Positions 23,333 through 35,195 of a stretch of 64,000 bases of DNA are shown in pieces (positions within the stretch are counted from its first letter, which is position 1; the number at the start of each line of letters is the position of its first letter). Where the stretch lies: assembly GCA_047495785.1 (NCBI GenBank), contig JBLDXI010000017.1, positions 1,922,001-1,986,000 on the forward strand, read 5' to 3'. Both the position numbers and the translations under genes were made by a program. The notes below the pieces were generated by a model. It saw only the letters and a list, made by a program, of their open reading frames with translations. It was not told the DNA's origin and ran no database searches. The DNA is from Lepidodermella squamata (lineage: Eukaryota > Animalia > Gastrotricha).

Positions 23333-26011
23333 TCAACAATTTATATTTAAGATTTTCATTGTAAAAATTTCCCGACCAGGTGTTTGAGTCGACTCGGCCT
23401 GATAGATGCCCAATTGAGGCGAAATCCGGCGCCATTGAAGCGATTGTCGGTTTTGAATACAACGCGAACATTGCTGCTTTGTAGAATCATGTTTTTCGGC
23501 CGCCGTTCGCCGCAAACTTTGCCAGCCAGCTCAAAATAAACAGCCGCCTCGCTATTATCTACTGTCTGATTCACGCCGGTTGTTTCTACATAGAAAGCCA
23601 GCGAATCGTACCGGCAATCCGATGACCCATTTACACCGGGTTCAATGTAGAAAATGTCGTTGAAAGCAATTGCTACGTACTGTAAAATTGATGAAAAATT
23701 AAGGAAGATTGCGAGCAAGGAAGAAACTCACATCACCCTCGGGAGCGCTGATGTCCCATATGCAGGTGAGGCGATTTTCGTAATTGCACGGGTAATGCAA
23801 GCTCCAGAAGCTTCCATCAGTTCCTTCTTGGTTCTTCGAATTGAAGCAGCCACTGTCGTCGCCTAGCAACGGCGCGCGGTCCCAAGAGAAGCCGTAATGA
23901 ACGCGGTCGTCATCGAAGCCCAAATCAGATGGGGAAATTTCGTTCAATTTCGCCAATTTAGCAGCAGAATCATCTAAGAAAAAATATTAATTTCGAGAAC
24001 AAATTCAACAGTTTTTCCTTACTTTCAAGACAGTAGCCTAAGGCTCGCCAGTAACCGCTTTGGAAGTCGCAAATAACTTCGTCGCTTATCATGACTGAAT
24101 AGCCGATGTCGCATTTCAGCTTTCGAACACCTTTTTCCATCGCAATGCGGCCATGTCGCGTGAATCGAGCTGTGACGCAGTCTTTCCCAGCCGACCGAAA
24201 CATGTCATCGTCATCCGACCCTTGTTTCATGCAGTTACCAGGCTGGCTCCACCTGCCGGCGTTGCAGAATACGGTCTCGGGTCCAGCGAGTAAGTAACCG
24301 GTTTGACAGCGTAGTCGTTTCCGAGCTGAAGCGCTGGTGTAGTAGGGCTTGTCGTCGACTAATTCCCCATTTGGGATATCAGGTAGTGGGCCACATTCGT
24401 CGCCAATCATACCGCCGATCGTGTAAGGGTGGAACATACCCGGCTGATTAGGCGCGATGCATTTGCCTGGAATGGACCAATGTCCGAATTGAGAACAAAC
24501 GATGGAATCGGCCCCGTTTAGGACAAAACCAGGTTTGCAGTAGATTCGCCGCACGTCACCGGGGGAATTCCCGCCAATCGCTGCTTGGCCATTCGGCACG
24601 AAAGGATCGGGTATACAAGTTGCGGGCGAGTAGTCCGGATTAGGACCGGGTTGGAATAGCCCGGCTCGGTTTGGTGCCAAGTCGTAGCCTAGCGGTGGAC
24701 GTAATGCTTGTTGCTGCCCCATTCCAAGTCCCATGCCAGCGCCCATTCCAGCGCCCATTCCAGCGCCTAATCCAGCGCCCATTCCAGCGCCTAATCCAGC
24801 GCCCATTCCAGCGCCTAATCCAGCGCCCATTCCAGCGCCCATTCCAGACATCGGCATTCCGAAGTTCGAGGACAAATCGGGTCGGCGGGGAGGGAAATTG
24901 CCGATTCCTGGGTTGTACCTCTCCTCATTATTGGGGCTGGACTCTTTAAGGGGAAGATGGAAAATAATTTGCGATATTCAACAGGTGCAACTAACTTTTA
25001 CAAGTTCCTGCGGAGGTCCAAACTCCGAACCTAGAGCATTCAATGAAATCAGGACCTTGCAATTCGAAATCAGGCCGGCACATAACAATTCGACGCTCCC
25101 CAATATCGGAAGGTCCAGGTGTGATGTAGCCATTTTCGACGACAGGCTCAGCTCCGCATTCTAAAAAATGGCGGTTTTTTTTAATTTTTCGATATAAATC
25201 ACTTACTTGTTATTCCTCCGTCTCGAAATTCGACCGGTTTACAGGGTCCGACCGGGTTAGTCCAGTTGAAAACTTGCCTCAAGCAGACAGCCTCGCCGAG
25301 AGATTCGCCAGAAAGTTCGAACTTGTTTGCGCAAACCAAGCGAATTCGAACCCCAGCCGGCGCTATTGAACCTGGTTTGAACGGCCTCGGAGATGCTACC
25401 TGGTGGCCAGCTCGGGATTGAATAGCGTAGACCAAGCCATTCGGCGTTGTAGGAACTCGGCAGCCAGGTGGCGGTGTGGGCTGGGCCGTTGTTCGAACTG
25501 TTGTTGTGTACAAGCCAGGATTTTTCTTCAGCTCATCCAATCTCAAACCTGTGCGGTAAAAATCCGAATTTATTTGAATCCAGCTATTTTTTAATATAAA
25601 TTAAGGGTGATTAATAATAACGTTAAACATTCTTGTCAGACATTTTCCAATCTGCGCCGACCATTCGCCGGTGTCTAGGCATACAACGGGGACGTCATCG
25701 GTTACAACCAGGCGATAACTGGCGTGGCAGAAGATGAAAACCTCGGTTCCTGGCATCACGTATGTCCCGTTCGGCAGCGGACCATCGGTGATGACACCGC
25801 TAGACCGGCTGTTTGCCGCTAGAGTTACAACATTGGCATTCGTTATGACTGGCAGTAAACAAAATTGTTGTCGGATGACGGGTAGTTGTGTAGAAGATGA
25901 ATTCAGCGCAACTTGGTCGATCTCTTCAACCTGCTTCGCATTAGGTAATAAGCTTTCAGAAGCTATCGCCGTTGCGAGTAATATAACAAAAAATATCGCT
26001 GATTCGCGCAT
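23333..26011 (-). CDS. Secreted multi-CCP (about 6) plus C-terminal CUB protein with a Gly/Ala/Met repeat
   Basis: Signal peptide; CCP modules in ORFs 25601..26011, 25199..25546, exon ~25160-24998 and 23970..24875; CUB motifs (SLHYPCNY, CIWDI, CRYDSL, VCG, FKTD, GF). Confidence 0.85.
24715..24850 (-). repeat. 12-nt coding tandem repeat (GAGM/GAGL)n
   Basis: CCAGCGCCCATT / CCAGCGCCTAAT units repeated about 9-10 times on the + strand. Confidence 0.95.
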
Positions 26012-26369
26012 AAATGTCGTGGAAAATAATTATTGAAAACTGCAACGAGAAAATTCACAACTAAATTTCGAGTTTAAAATTATTGGACGTTTCACGGTTT
26101 CAACAGCTGCTGATTAATACAACAGCAAATATTGACAAAATAATGGTGATCCTCAACACGTGGCACACTTCTTACCTGCACTTTTCAAAATGACCCTTAT
26201 AAGGGTGATTATCAGGGCGTGGTTGAAGCCAAGAACCGTTTTTCGCGCTTTTTTAACTCGACTAGAAAATTCGGAATACTCGTCTAATTCCACTTTTCAC
26301 TTTTCACTTGCCGATTAAAGTGCGATTTTATGTCTGCTTTTTCAATTTCTAAATCAACACCCATAGCGA

Positions 26370-27301
26370 GAAGAAACCTTTTTTCAGCAGCAGATTTCTT
26401 TTTTCAGCAGCAGAATACTTTTTTCTGCAGCAGATACTTTTCCCAGCAGCAGATACTTTTTTCTGCAGCAGATTATACTTTTTTCAGCAGCAAATTTCAA
26501 AATATCGATTTTCATTAAAAAAATGTAACCATTTTGATAGACACGCTTTCCTGAGTTCAAATATGTATACATATACATAACTGCGCACTTCGGGCGTTTG
26601 CCCTTTTGATGAATGGCTCGCAGGAGGATCATATCACTATGCGGCAGCAAGTAGTGGAGTGGATGATGGCAAATGAAGATGATTTGATGCCGTTTATGGC
26701 CGGTGTTACTGAGAAGGAGTCTCCTGGGCGTGGTTACACCAAGAACGATTCTATTGCAGTACAGAAACTGAGGCGCCCAGGCTATTGGGCAGGTAATGAG
26801 GCCCTATTCGCCTTGACGAACGTCCACGGCGTTTCAATCTTGATTTCAAAGATTTCAATCTTGCTGTTTTCAGTAAAGACGATGATTTTAACGCCGTAGA
26901 CGTTCGTCAAGGCGAATAGGGACTATATCCTTGTTTTACACGGGTGCACACTACATGGCCCTAGGCCGCTGAATTTTTCTTGATAGAACAGACTGAATTA
27001 ACTGACTTTCCATTCTCTGATGTTGTTAAATCTAATAAGAGTAATGACGAGTATATGGAAATAAATCATTTTAGGCGCGGTTGCTGCTTATAACGAAATA
27101 TGTATACATATTTGAACTCAGGAAAGCGTGTCTATCAAAATGGTTACATTTTTTTAATGAAAATCGATATTTTGAAATTTGCTGCTGAAAAAAGTATAAT
27201 CTGCTGCTGAAAAAAGTATCTGCTGCTGGGAAAAGTATCTGCTGCAGAAAAAAGTATTCTGCTGCTGAAAAAAGAAATCTGCTGCAGAAAAAAGAGCTAT
27301 C
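26370..27301. mobile_element. Non-autonomous foldback/Mutator-like DNA transposon with OTU cargo
   Basis: ~200-bp near-perfect TIRs (26370-26574 / 27098-27301) containing six ~20-nt TTTTTTCAGCAGCAGA subrepeats; GA...TC termini; direct repeat CCATAGCGA at 26361-26369 and 27302-27310. Confidence 0.9.
26576..26972 (+). pseudogene. Disrupted OTU cysteine-protease domain inside the element
   Basis: Cys box NCALRAFA, H..MRQQVV, GYWAGNEALFAL, and His box LFYTGAHYMAL (26931-26963, different frame). Confidence 0.8.
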
Positions 27302-29527
27302 CCATAGCGATGGCCATGTACCTTGACTAAAATCGAGTGACTAATCAATCATTATAAAATATGAAACGAACCTCGTCAACAAAAATTAAAAAAAGGACGT
27401 CTGGCAAAAGGTCCCAAACGACAGCGAGTTTCCGAATTGACAAGAAGATTCTCCCAAACTTGACAGCTTGCGGGACACTGAATTTTGACACATCGGGTAG
27501 CTTTTAATTTGGAACTTTAATTGTTCGCACCCTTGCCATGCCTACATTGCAAGTTCAGTGATGCGTATCAAAAACTATTCAGAGAGATGCCCGTCGCCTG
27601 AGCTTTATTAGCCGTTTCAGTTTGTCCTAGACGTACGCAATTAGGAGAATCAGCGCGTCTGGAAAATGATGCGGTAACTATGATACGACAAAATTCCTAT
27701 TTCTGTATAAGTATATTTGGCTGAGGTGAACTGTTCCAGCAACGAGTTCATACAAAAGCAAGTATGTGATGCTATTTATAACCGTGATAGTTCGGAAAAC
27801 TGTTGCGTACCATTTCAGCTAATATTCGAAATATTCGCCGCGATTTAGTCGGACGCATCTCGTTCGAATTAAATAAGATGTTCCTGTTCATAGGAAAAGT
27901 CTGCGACAATGTCTGAGCAAACTGCTCTAATTGATTATCAGAATAATATAAGTAATTATAAGCCAGTCGGGTGATAGTGTGACCTTTCAGTTTTGCTGAT
28001 CGAGGCCGATCGAGCAAATTTTGTGATCTCGTTCTGGCACGAGTCGTAATACTGCAATTTTCTCAGGTCACACCTGAGATTCCACGTCAAATGACCTACT
28101 TATTTGATTGATCAAAAATGCTTCGCCGCCAAATTCCTAATTTGCACCATTCGTAAAGATCCATGTCACCCACTTTTATTTCGCGGGATAAGCTAACCTA
28201 ATTCGTTATAGGAATAGCATGCAATCACACGCTTGCAGATGAGTGCAACGTTATAGAATGACTCCTTGACTCCCTTGAAAGTTTCTTCAACTTTTAGGTA
28301 GTTTATTTCCGTTGTTTTTCTCACTTGTTCAGTAAAAACAATCAGTGCCGGATTAACCTTCGGGAGGCCCCTGGGCAAAATCCGTTTAGCGGCCCCTCTT
28401 CCTATTATTCCGCGAAAGCTCGATTTTATTTACACGTCGAACTGTAGAAAAACAATCTTTCATCTTTCAAGAACCCAAACCGCTACTTGATTTTAACTGC
28501 GACGCTTACCTTTTCAACGAGTCAAACTCGAGGTGATAATGAATCGAAAATTCGTCATGGCGTTCGCGAATAGCTTATTTGGACTACTTATATTTGCCAA
28601 GTTTCGACACTCGCAGGTGTCATCTTTAGGCCATGGTTTAAACAAAGACTCTATTTAGACTTTCCTGTTAGTTCTAAGTTCAGAATAAAAGGAATCAAAT
28701 TGGTTTCCTCGCGTTATTGTTTTTTCACTGTACGTTTTTCTCTCCAATTTTTAACCAGGGTATAGAAGGGAGAAAATAAAAATAGACATATTGTCCAGAT
28801 CACGCTACACCCTGGGTAAACATGGTGGGTATAATTTCTAGTGTAAAGCCATTATTGAATCAGAAACCGCCATGGGTTAATCCCTGAACTTCCTATTAAT
28901 ATTACAGTATTCAAATTTCATTCGATATTTTTAGGCTATAAATTGCCCACAAGTAATCAACCTCCGATGAGTAGGTTGTTTTTGTATTGCGGCTTTACAC
29001 GGATATTAATAACATATGACCAAAATTAGGACGTTGAACATTCTGGCTTTAGCTATATATTATTCGAGCTTCTGTTGTCCAATGCCCGTAGTACAAAAGG
29101 TCTTCGAACAATCATCATCATGACCTTATCTAAATTTATTGGGAAACCCTGATGTGCATGAAACCCGATTGCGGAAACCTACGTAAAGCTTGAAATTCCA
29201 CTCGATGTCACGATGTCCTGAGAAGGGTAGATATGACACTGAATTAGCCGTTTCGCATAAACACCCTAATAAATAGCCTCGATCATAAAATTATCGCTCG
29301 CGCAGTCGCGAATAGCAGCTTACGTTATGTGCACTTTTAATAGTCTCGAAAGTCGACCCTGTGTTTCCGCAAGAGGTGCAGTATCTAGGCTATAACTTCC
29401 GTTGCCAAGTCTCTGAAACGGATGTTGATATAGCTGCATGCTTATACAGCCTTTTTCTAAATAGCGCACATGAATGCCACTTAATCATCACCGCCCTAAA
29501 TCTGATTTAATTTGACTATACAGCAGG

Positions 29528-30730
29528 ATGCTTAATTACCCGTTAGTGAGTGAAATTGTTTTTGAATCTGCAACTCCTGATTATCCACTATCTTCGACTA
29601 TGGAAACAATATCTTCTCTCGATGATTGGATAACATCGCTAGAGCAAACTGGTTACTTCAATACAAGCATTCAAGAATTCACACCATCTACTCAGCCAGC
29701 AGTTTGGTCGAATCGGGACTGCTTGATATTAGTCCTTTTTTCCACCGACTGCTTGTTGAACTTGATCCTATTAACTGCTCTTGTCATTCAGCAACGAAGA
29801 AAATCTGGAGCTTCCTTAACTCGTACGCTGTCACCAAACTCCGATTTTGCTGTAAATCAGCCGAGAGTCGTTGTTATAGGACACACGCAACCGCAATTTT
29901 CGATTGTCAACACAAGGCAGCGTTATTTCGTCGCGACTCTGGCTATTTCCAACATAATTGCAGGTTTTGGGGTGCTTTCTGAAAAATTCTTACCCCATCT
30001 CGGGATACCTTTTCTTTGCAATGAATTGCCTCGAGTCGCGTGTCTCAAACTGGCGAATTTTCAAATCCTGACTTCACTTGCAGGATGCTCCATCGACCAT
30101 TTCTACGCAATTCTTCGGCCTTTGCTACATCGAACTAGATCGGCTTTCCTAACCAGGAGATACAGGCTAGCGACAGTTTTGACTTGGTCAATAGGCGCTG
30201 GGCTTTTTCTCTCAGACTTTATAATGCCATTATTCCCGAACGAACAGTGCTTGGATGGGAATGACTGGGCTTCTTCTGTTTCGGATTTGAGGAGTCTGTG
30301 CAATATGATAATTTGCAACAACAACGACTACATCGAGGGGGCTCAGTTTCTTCTCTGGATTCCTTCTATCATCACGATATTGATATGCTACTTCCGCCTG
30401 TTGATCTTCTTCCTACGGACTAGAATCGGTCCATGCCGGAGTGAAGACAGCAACATCAGCCGGACAGCGGAGAGTTCATCGGTCAAGGGAGTTCTGTTAA
30501 CTTCCTTTATTCTTATCACATTTGCTGTAACCTGGTTGCCGTACATTTTCTTCGAGATCGTTGCACCATTTACGGCTTCTTTCTTCGAAGATGCTCCTTA
30601 TTTCTCGGCTTCATTTCTAGACTCCATTCGTTCTGTGACTGAAATGCTACTGATGTCCTTCAGCTGTTTAACGCCTATCATTTACGGCGTTAACTTACTT
30701 ACAAAACCTAGCAACAAGTCGAGGAGATGA
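29528..30730 (+). CDS. Orphan class A GPCR (G0), intronless
   Basis: Seven TMs; LAISN, IDHFYAILRPL, FAVTWLP, LTPIIYG. Confidence 0.88.
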   Translation: MLNYPLVSEIVFESATPDYPLSSTMETISSLDDWITSLEQTGYFNTSIQEFTPSTQPAVWSNRDCLILVLFSTDCLLNLILLTALVIQQRRKSGASLTRTLSPNSDFAVNQPRVVVIGHTQPQFSIVNTRQRYFVATLAISNIIAGFGVLSEKFLPHLGIPFLCNELPRVACLKLANFQILTSLAGCSIDHFYAILRPLLHRTRSAFLTRRYRLATVLTWSIGAGLFLSDFIMPLFPNEQCLDGNDWASSVSDLRSLCNMIICNNNDYIEGAQFLLWIPSIITILICYFRLLIFFLRTRIGPCRSEDSNISRTAESSSVKGVLLTSFILITFAVTWLPYIFFEIVAPFTASFFEDAPYFSASFLDSIRSVTEMLLMSFSCLTPIIYGVNLLTKPSNKSRR

Positions 30731-31146
30731 ATAAAAACTTTGTTAATTAACTAGACATGTTGTTAATTTCACTTCCTGACAAATTCCTACCTTGGGATTA
30801 ACGGACATTTTGTTCCAGACAGTAGATGATCGTTTTTATGGTTGGCTCTGCGAAATGGAGGGTGGATAATTAAATGACAGATTAACGGCTGAATGGTGAA
30901 CTTGATTTCTTTCCAAAGCCGCAGCGTCTATATTATATTGATTTTCACCAACTTTTTAATGACGCATCAAATGTCAATCAAAATCTGAGGTGGGTAGTAA
31001 AAATTGAATTTACGGCGCCACTCTTATGTGGGCGTTTCGTTTAGCAGTAACGGACAGACAATTTTTCTAAAAACTGATATCATTTATTTGTTACAGAAAA
31101 CGATACTAAGACAAGACAAACGGGGACGTAGTACAGTTTTCAGAGT

Positions 31147-32319
31147 TCAGACAGGCTTTTCAGCGGATCTTGTTGCCATAACGTTACTGCGAGAGGCGAG
31201 GCTTCTAATAGTTGGATTTCTGCTGATCGCAGATGCTCCCGGCTCATTCGTAGACTCATGGCCTTGCCTGCAGCATATGCCGCTATCCTTCGGCAGAAGT
31301 AAGCTGCAAACGAAAAGATTAAAGGCGCAGTTGAGGTATATGGGCCAAGCACAAGCAAGAACAGTGTTCGATTGAAGAGTCTTCTCAGACAATGACCAAT
31401 GCTTCGCCTGATAAATAGTCAGTGCGACCATACAATTCATAGGAAGAAACGCTAATATCGTAACCGCCATTGAAACCCCCATCAAAGAATTAAGCTGGAT
31501 TTCTCGTTTTCTCGCAGAGTCCAATAGACCTCTAGTTGCAAGCGTCGATCGAATTCGATAGATGTTTAGAAAATTGTAGGCTGCAATGCCCAATGGGAAG
31601 ACGAAGGCAATAAAGGCGTAGCTGATTTCAAGTAGCCTGACTGACGGTAGCCTTGACACAGAATGAACGCACATCTCAACCATTCTTCCGTCTGTCATTT
31701 CAACTGGCTCAAGGAACAGCAGGTGGAATATGCCGTACGGAACGTACCAGAGGAGGATCGCAGCGGCAGCAGACATCAAGATGGTAATTATTAGGTATGT
31801 CAAATTAAGGGATTTGGAAATATCGAAACGAGTTATGCAGAATCGGCGCTCGATGCTTATTGACGTGTACATCAAATTTGATAGCGTTGCCGGGGACAAG
31901 AAGACACAAAGAGCAAAGCGGCATCCAAGCTCGCCGTAAATCCAATTTTCATGCATTCTAGCGAAAACCTTTGCCCCGCCAACAGCCAAAAGCAGCAAAT
32001 TACACATAACTAGAATCGTTACTAATAGGAGAAGAGAAGCTTTAACGGCACAGCTTCGACTGAAGTTGACAATCGCACACGTGTTAGTCATTATTCCAAT
32101 GAAGGAAACAATTAAGGTGAATCCAATTTCGAATTTGGCACACTCCTCGTTTGGCCGGTTGATTTGTTGGCTGTAAAGAAAATAACACTCTTCCGAGCCA
32201 TTTTTGCAGATCCATGATTCTCTGAGTGAAGGTGCCGCATCTCCTTCATTTTCAAGTGAACTTGGCTGGGAGCTGAAGCCGTAACACTCCTTAATTGATG
32301 TTAACCAGCTTCTGAGCAT
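31147..32319 (-). CDS. FFAR4-like class A GPCR G1, intronless
   Basis: 7TM; CYFLYSQQINR N-terminal motif, ARMHENWIYGELGC, SIERRFCI. Confidence 0.88.
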   Translation of the reverse strand: MLRSWLTSIKECYGFSSQPSSLENEGDAAPSLRESWICKNGSEECYFLYSQQINRPNEECAKFEIGFTLIVSFIGIMTNTCAIVNFSRSCAVKASLLLLVTILVMCNLLLLAVGGAKVFARMHENWIYGELGCRFALCVFLSPATLSNLMYTSISIERRFCITRFDISKSLNLTYLIITILMSAAAAILLWYVPYGIFHLLFLEPVEMTDGRMVEMCVHSVSRLPSVRLLEISYAFIAFVFPLGIAAYNFLNIYRIRSTLATRGLLDSARKREIQLNSLMGVSMAVTILAFLPMNCMVALTIYQAKHWSLSEKTLQSNTVLACAWPIYLNCAFNLFVCSLLLPKDSGICCRQGHESTNEPGASAISRNPTIRSLASRSNVMATRSAEKPV

Positions 32320-32567
32320 GTTGCTAAATTAATCAAACCTCCTGTGCAAAGTATACTGCTATAGACTCCCGAAAATCAATTTGGTCACTGCAAATGGCTT
32401 TATTATTAAATGACAACGAGGGATTAGTTTCAATCGTCATATCCTCCAGTTAATCGAAAAGTCACGGGCTGTTCCCAGAATAAAGCATTATCGCGAGGCC
32501 CTGATGGGCGTAAATAGAAACCAGGCACTATCATTATATTTGTTCAAACTTATAGTTCCAAGTACAC

Positions 32568-33599
32568 TTATTGGATCATTGTCGTTGCGGTTAAGCTAAT
32601 CTGTGTTCTAGATCTGTTCGCAGTAGAAAATCGTCGAGATGAGAAGCGTAGGATGGTCATAATCGTCGGATTTACAATGGTTCTCGCCGTAACCAACAGA
32701 CAACAGGGAAAGAATAAGCTTTCGTAGATATCATGGGCAATTTCTTGCTTAGAGAAAGTCACAAAAGCGGTCAGAATGTGAATTGGTAGCGTGCAGACGA
32801 CAAAGGCTAAATTGGTCGCTCCAGCCATAACAGCTAATTGTGTCTCCCTACGGCTGATGCAGCGGCGAATGCTTCTCCCGTATAAGCTACCACGCACCAG
32901 AGACGAATGGCTACGAACGTAAAACCAAATGGAGAAGTAGCTACAGCAGTTGAATATGAAGGGTAGCAAAAACGTTATGGCGAAATTTATCGCGTTAGCC
33001 GTATGGAAATTATTTCTTGGATATTTCAAATTGCAAGCGCTTAGTCGGTCTTGAGCCGCATAAATACAGAGTAGCAAACTTGCAGCTATGAAGTAAACAA
33101 AAGCCATGATCAGAGCCACAGTTTCTTCCGGTCTCTGTTTGCATCTCGAACTTGCTAGCTTTATTGACCTAGATCGAACCCGAGTTCTTCGCTCGAGGGC
33201 AATCATCGAAGTCGAAAGAGCTGTTAGAGCCATGAGAAGCACCCAGACGTAGGAGAAGAAAGCACAAGCTGATTCACTGAAAAACCAGTTCTCAAAATTG
33301 AGCAATACACCTGCAACAACCGTATGACTTGACAGGAAAATATTTGCTATGCAATTTAATCCAAGTAGAAACAGAAATCGTTTGCTGCTTTTCGAGTTGT
33401 AAAACAACACGTAGTTGAAAACGTTTGCTGAAAGGCTGAGGACGAAAAGAAGCACGGCGAATCCTAGTTCGATGAACGCATCTCTTAGCGGTGGCCCCGA
33501 TTTGAGCGGGTTACTTAAACTGGTCTCCAGCATCGTCTGTCCTTCGTTAGCAAACAAAGTGGACTGAACATACTTTTTCGTCGATCTACTTGTATCCAC
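32568..33599 (-). CDS. Array GPCR G2, intronless
   Basis: 7TM; ALERR, VCTLPIH, RTIVNP; lacks the Cys-rich N-terminus. Confidence 0.88.
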   Translation of the reverse strand: MDTSRSTKKYVQSTLFANEGQTMLETSLSNPLKSGPPLRDAFIELGFAVLLFVLSLSANVFNYVLFYNSKSSKRFLFLLGLNCIANIFLSSHTVVAGVLLNFENWFFSESACAFFSYVWVLLMALTALSTSMIALERRTRVRSRSIKLASSRCKQRPEETVALIMAFVYFIAASLLLCIYAAQDRLSACNLKYPRNNFHTANAINFAITFLLPFIFNCCSYFSIWFYVRSHSSLVRGSLYGRSIRRCISRRETQLAVMAGATNLAFVVCTLPIHILTAFVTFSKQEIAHDIYESLFFPCCLLVTARTIVNPTIMTILRFSSRRFSTANRSRTQISLTATTMIQ

Positions 33600-34090
33600 T
33601 CCTCTGTGTAATACACGTCATCAATTGAATTACGCATGTAAATTTAGAATGCCGCGGAGGATAAATTTAGGAGCCTCAGCTGTCTGTGTTTATTTGAATC
33701 TGGACCATCTCCTGTCACAGTTATTTCGATCAGTTATTCAGTGAAACTATCTATTGCTGCATTTTGCCCAAGTTACGGGAATAAGGAATTGATGAACACA
33801 GCATCTTCGTGCAGTTAGCTTTTACCAGTAATTGCGTGGTTGCTGTGGGTCATGTCGTCCCATGTTATACCTATCATTCGATAACCCTCGATGCGTAACG
33901 GAATGAAAATGTTCAATATGTGCGACATCTCCCCCGGATGTTTCATTTATTGCGTGAGCGAAATTCGGTATCACCCAGGATTTGATGGCCATTTAATTAT
34001 TTAACGCAATTTACATCACGGTGGGGCTCACTGAATATTTGATGATGAAATCTCGATTTAAAAAACTCGGCATTCTAATTACCGTCGAAA

Positions 34091-34261
34091 ATGCACCGAT
34101 CGGAAATAGTTTTCCTCCTGCTTCTGAACGCTATATCGTCATCACAATGTCTAATAGCAGCCAAGCGGGGTGCAGCTGCTGACACTGGTCACAATCATGA
34201 ACCAATTCGATGGAGCCCTTGGAGAAACATTATCGGATCATTGTCGTTGCGGTTAAGCTAA
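34091..34261 (+). pseudogene. Truncated 5' duplicate of the Trp-rich membrane gene, still an open 56-aa frame
   Basis: 34091-34228 aligns with 35758-35892 and ends at the G3 stop codon. Confidence 0.75.
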
Positions 34262-35195
34262 TCTGCGTTCTAGATCTGTTCGCAGTAGAAAATCGTCGAG
34301 ATGAGACGCGTAAGATGGTCATAATCATCGGATTTATAATGGTTCTTGACGTAACCAACAAGCAACTTGGAAAGAGTAGCTTTTCGTAGGTATCATTTGC
34401 AGGTATCTCGTCAGAGAAAGCAACAAAAACAATTAGTATATGAATGGGAAGTGTGCAGACAGCAAAGGCGATACTAGTCGCTGCAGCCAAAATAGCCAAC
34501 TGAGTCTGCCTTCGTTGGATACTCCGGCCAACATTTCCGCCGTACAAGTTGCTGTTGACTGGATACGAATGCCTCCGAACGTGAAACCAAATAGAGGTGT
34601 ACATGTAGCAGTTGATGATGAATGGTAGGAGAAATGTTGTAACAAAATTTATCACATTTGCGATATGGAAATTATTTCTCGGATACGAACTGCAAGCTAC
34701 GCCACGCCACTCTTGAGCCGCATAAATAGAGAAAAGCCAAGCCGCAGAAATGATGTAAATAATAGCCATAACAATAAGAGTTGCCAAGTCTTCTGGTCTG
34801 CGATTCCATCTCCAACTGATTAGTTCCGGAGATCTAGACCGAACCCGAATTCTTCGCTCGAGGGCAATCAGCGAAGTAGAAAGAGCCGTTAGAGCCATGA
34901 GAAGCACCCAGACGTAGGAGAAGAAAGCACAAGCTGATTCACTTAAAGGCAAGTTCTCGCAATTTAGCAATACCCCTGCAACGACCGTATGGCTGGCCAG
35001 GAAGATATTTGTTAAACAATTGAAGCCAAGCAGAATCACCAATAGTTTACCGCTTTTCGAGTTGTAAAACAGTACGTAGTTGAAAATGTTTGCAGAAAGG
35101 CTGAGGACAAAAAACAGCATAGCAAATCCCAATTCGATGAAAGCATCTTTAGGTGCCTTCATTTCGAGAAGGTTGCTAAACGAAGTTTCCAGCAT
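34230..35195 (-). CDS. Array GPCR G3, close paralog of G2
   Basis: 7TM with long stretches nearly identical to G2. Confidence 0.88.
   Translation of the reverse strand: MLETSFSNLLEMKAPKDAFIELGFAMLFFVLSLSANIFNYVLFYNSKSGKLLVILLGFNCLTNIFLASHTVVAGVLLNCENLPLSESACAFFSYVWVLLMALTALSTSLIALERRIRVRSRSPELISWRWNRRPEDLATLIVMAIIYIISAAWLFSIYAAQEWRGVACSSYPRNNFHIANVINFVTTFLLPFIINCYMYTSIWFHVRRHSYPVNSNLYGGNVGRSIQRRQTQLAILAAATSIAFAVCTLPIHILIVFVAFSDEIPANDTYEKLLFPSCLLVTSRTIINPMIMTILRVSSRRFSTANRSRTQISLTATTMIR

Noticed and set aside
24671-25164. Plus-strand ORFs with PAPI/PAPN or QRPF repeats
   Set aside because: Antisense shadows of the GAGM/GAGL coding repeat in the CCP-CUB gene.
26379-26492. CRISPR-like or satellite array of CAGCAGCAGA repeats
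   Set aside because: No unique spacers, eukaryotic context, and it is mirrored at ~27180-27293 as part of a transposon TIR.
28343-28397. CAGTGCCGGATTAA...GGCCCC resembling a hAT/MITE terminus
   Set aside because: No matching opposite end or TSD found in the window.
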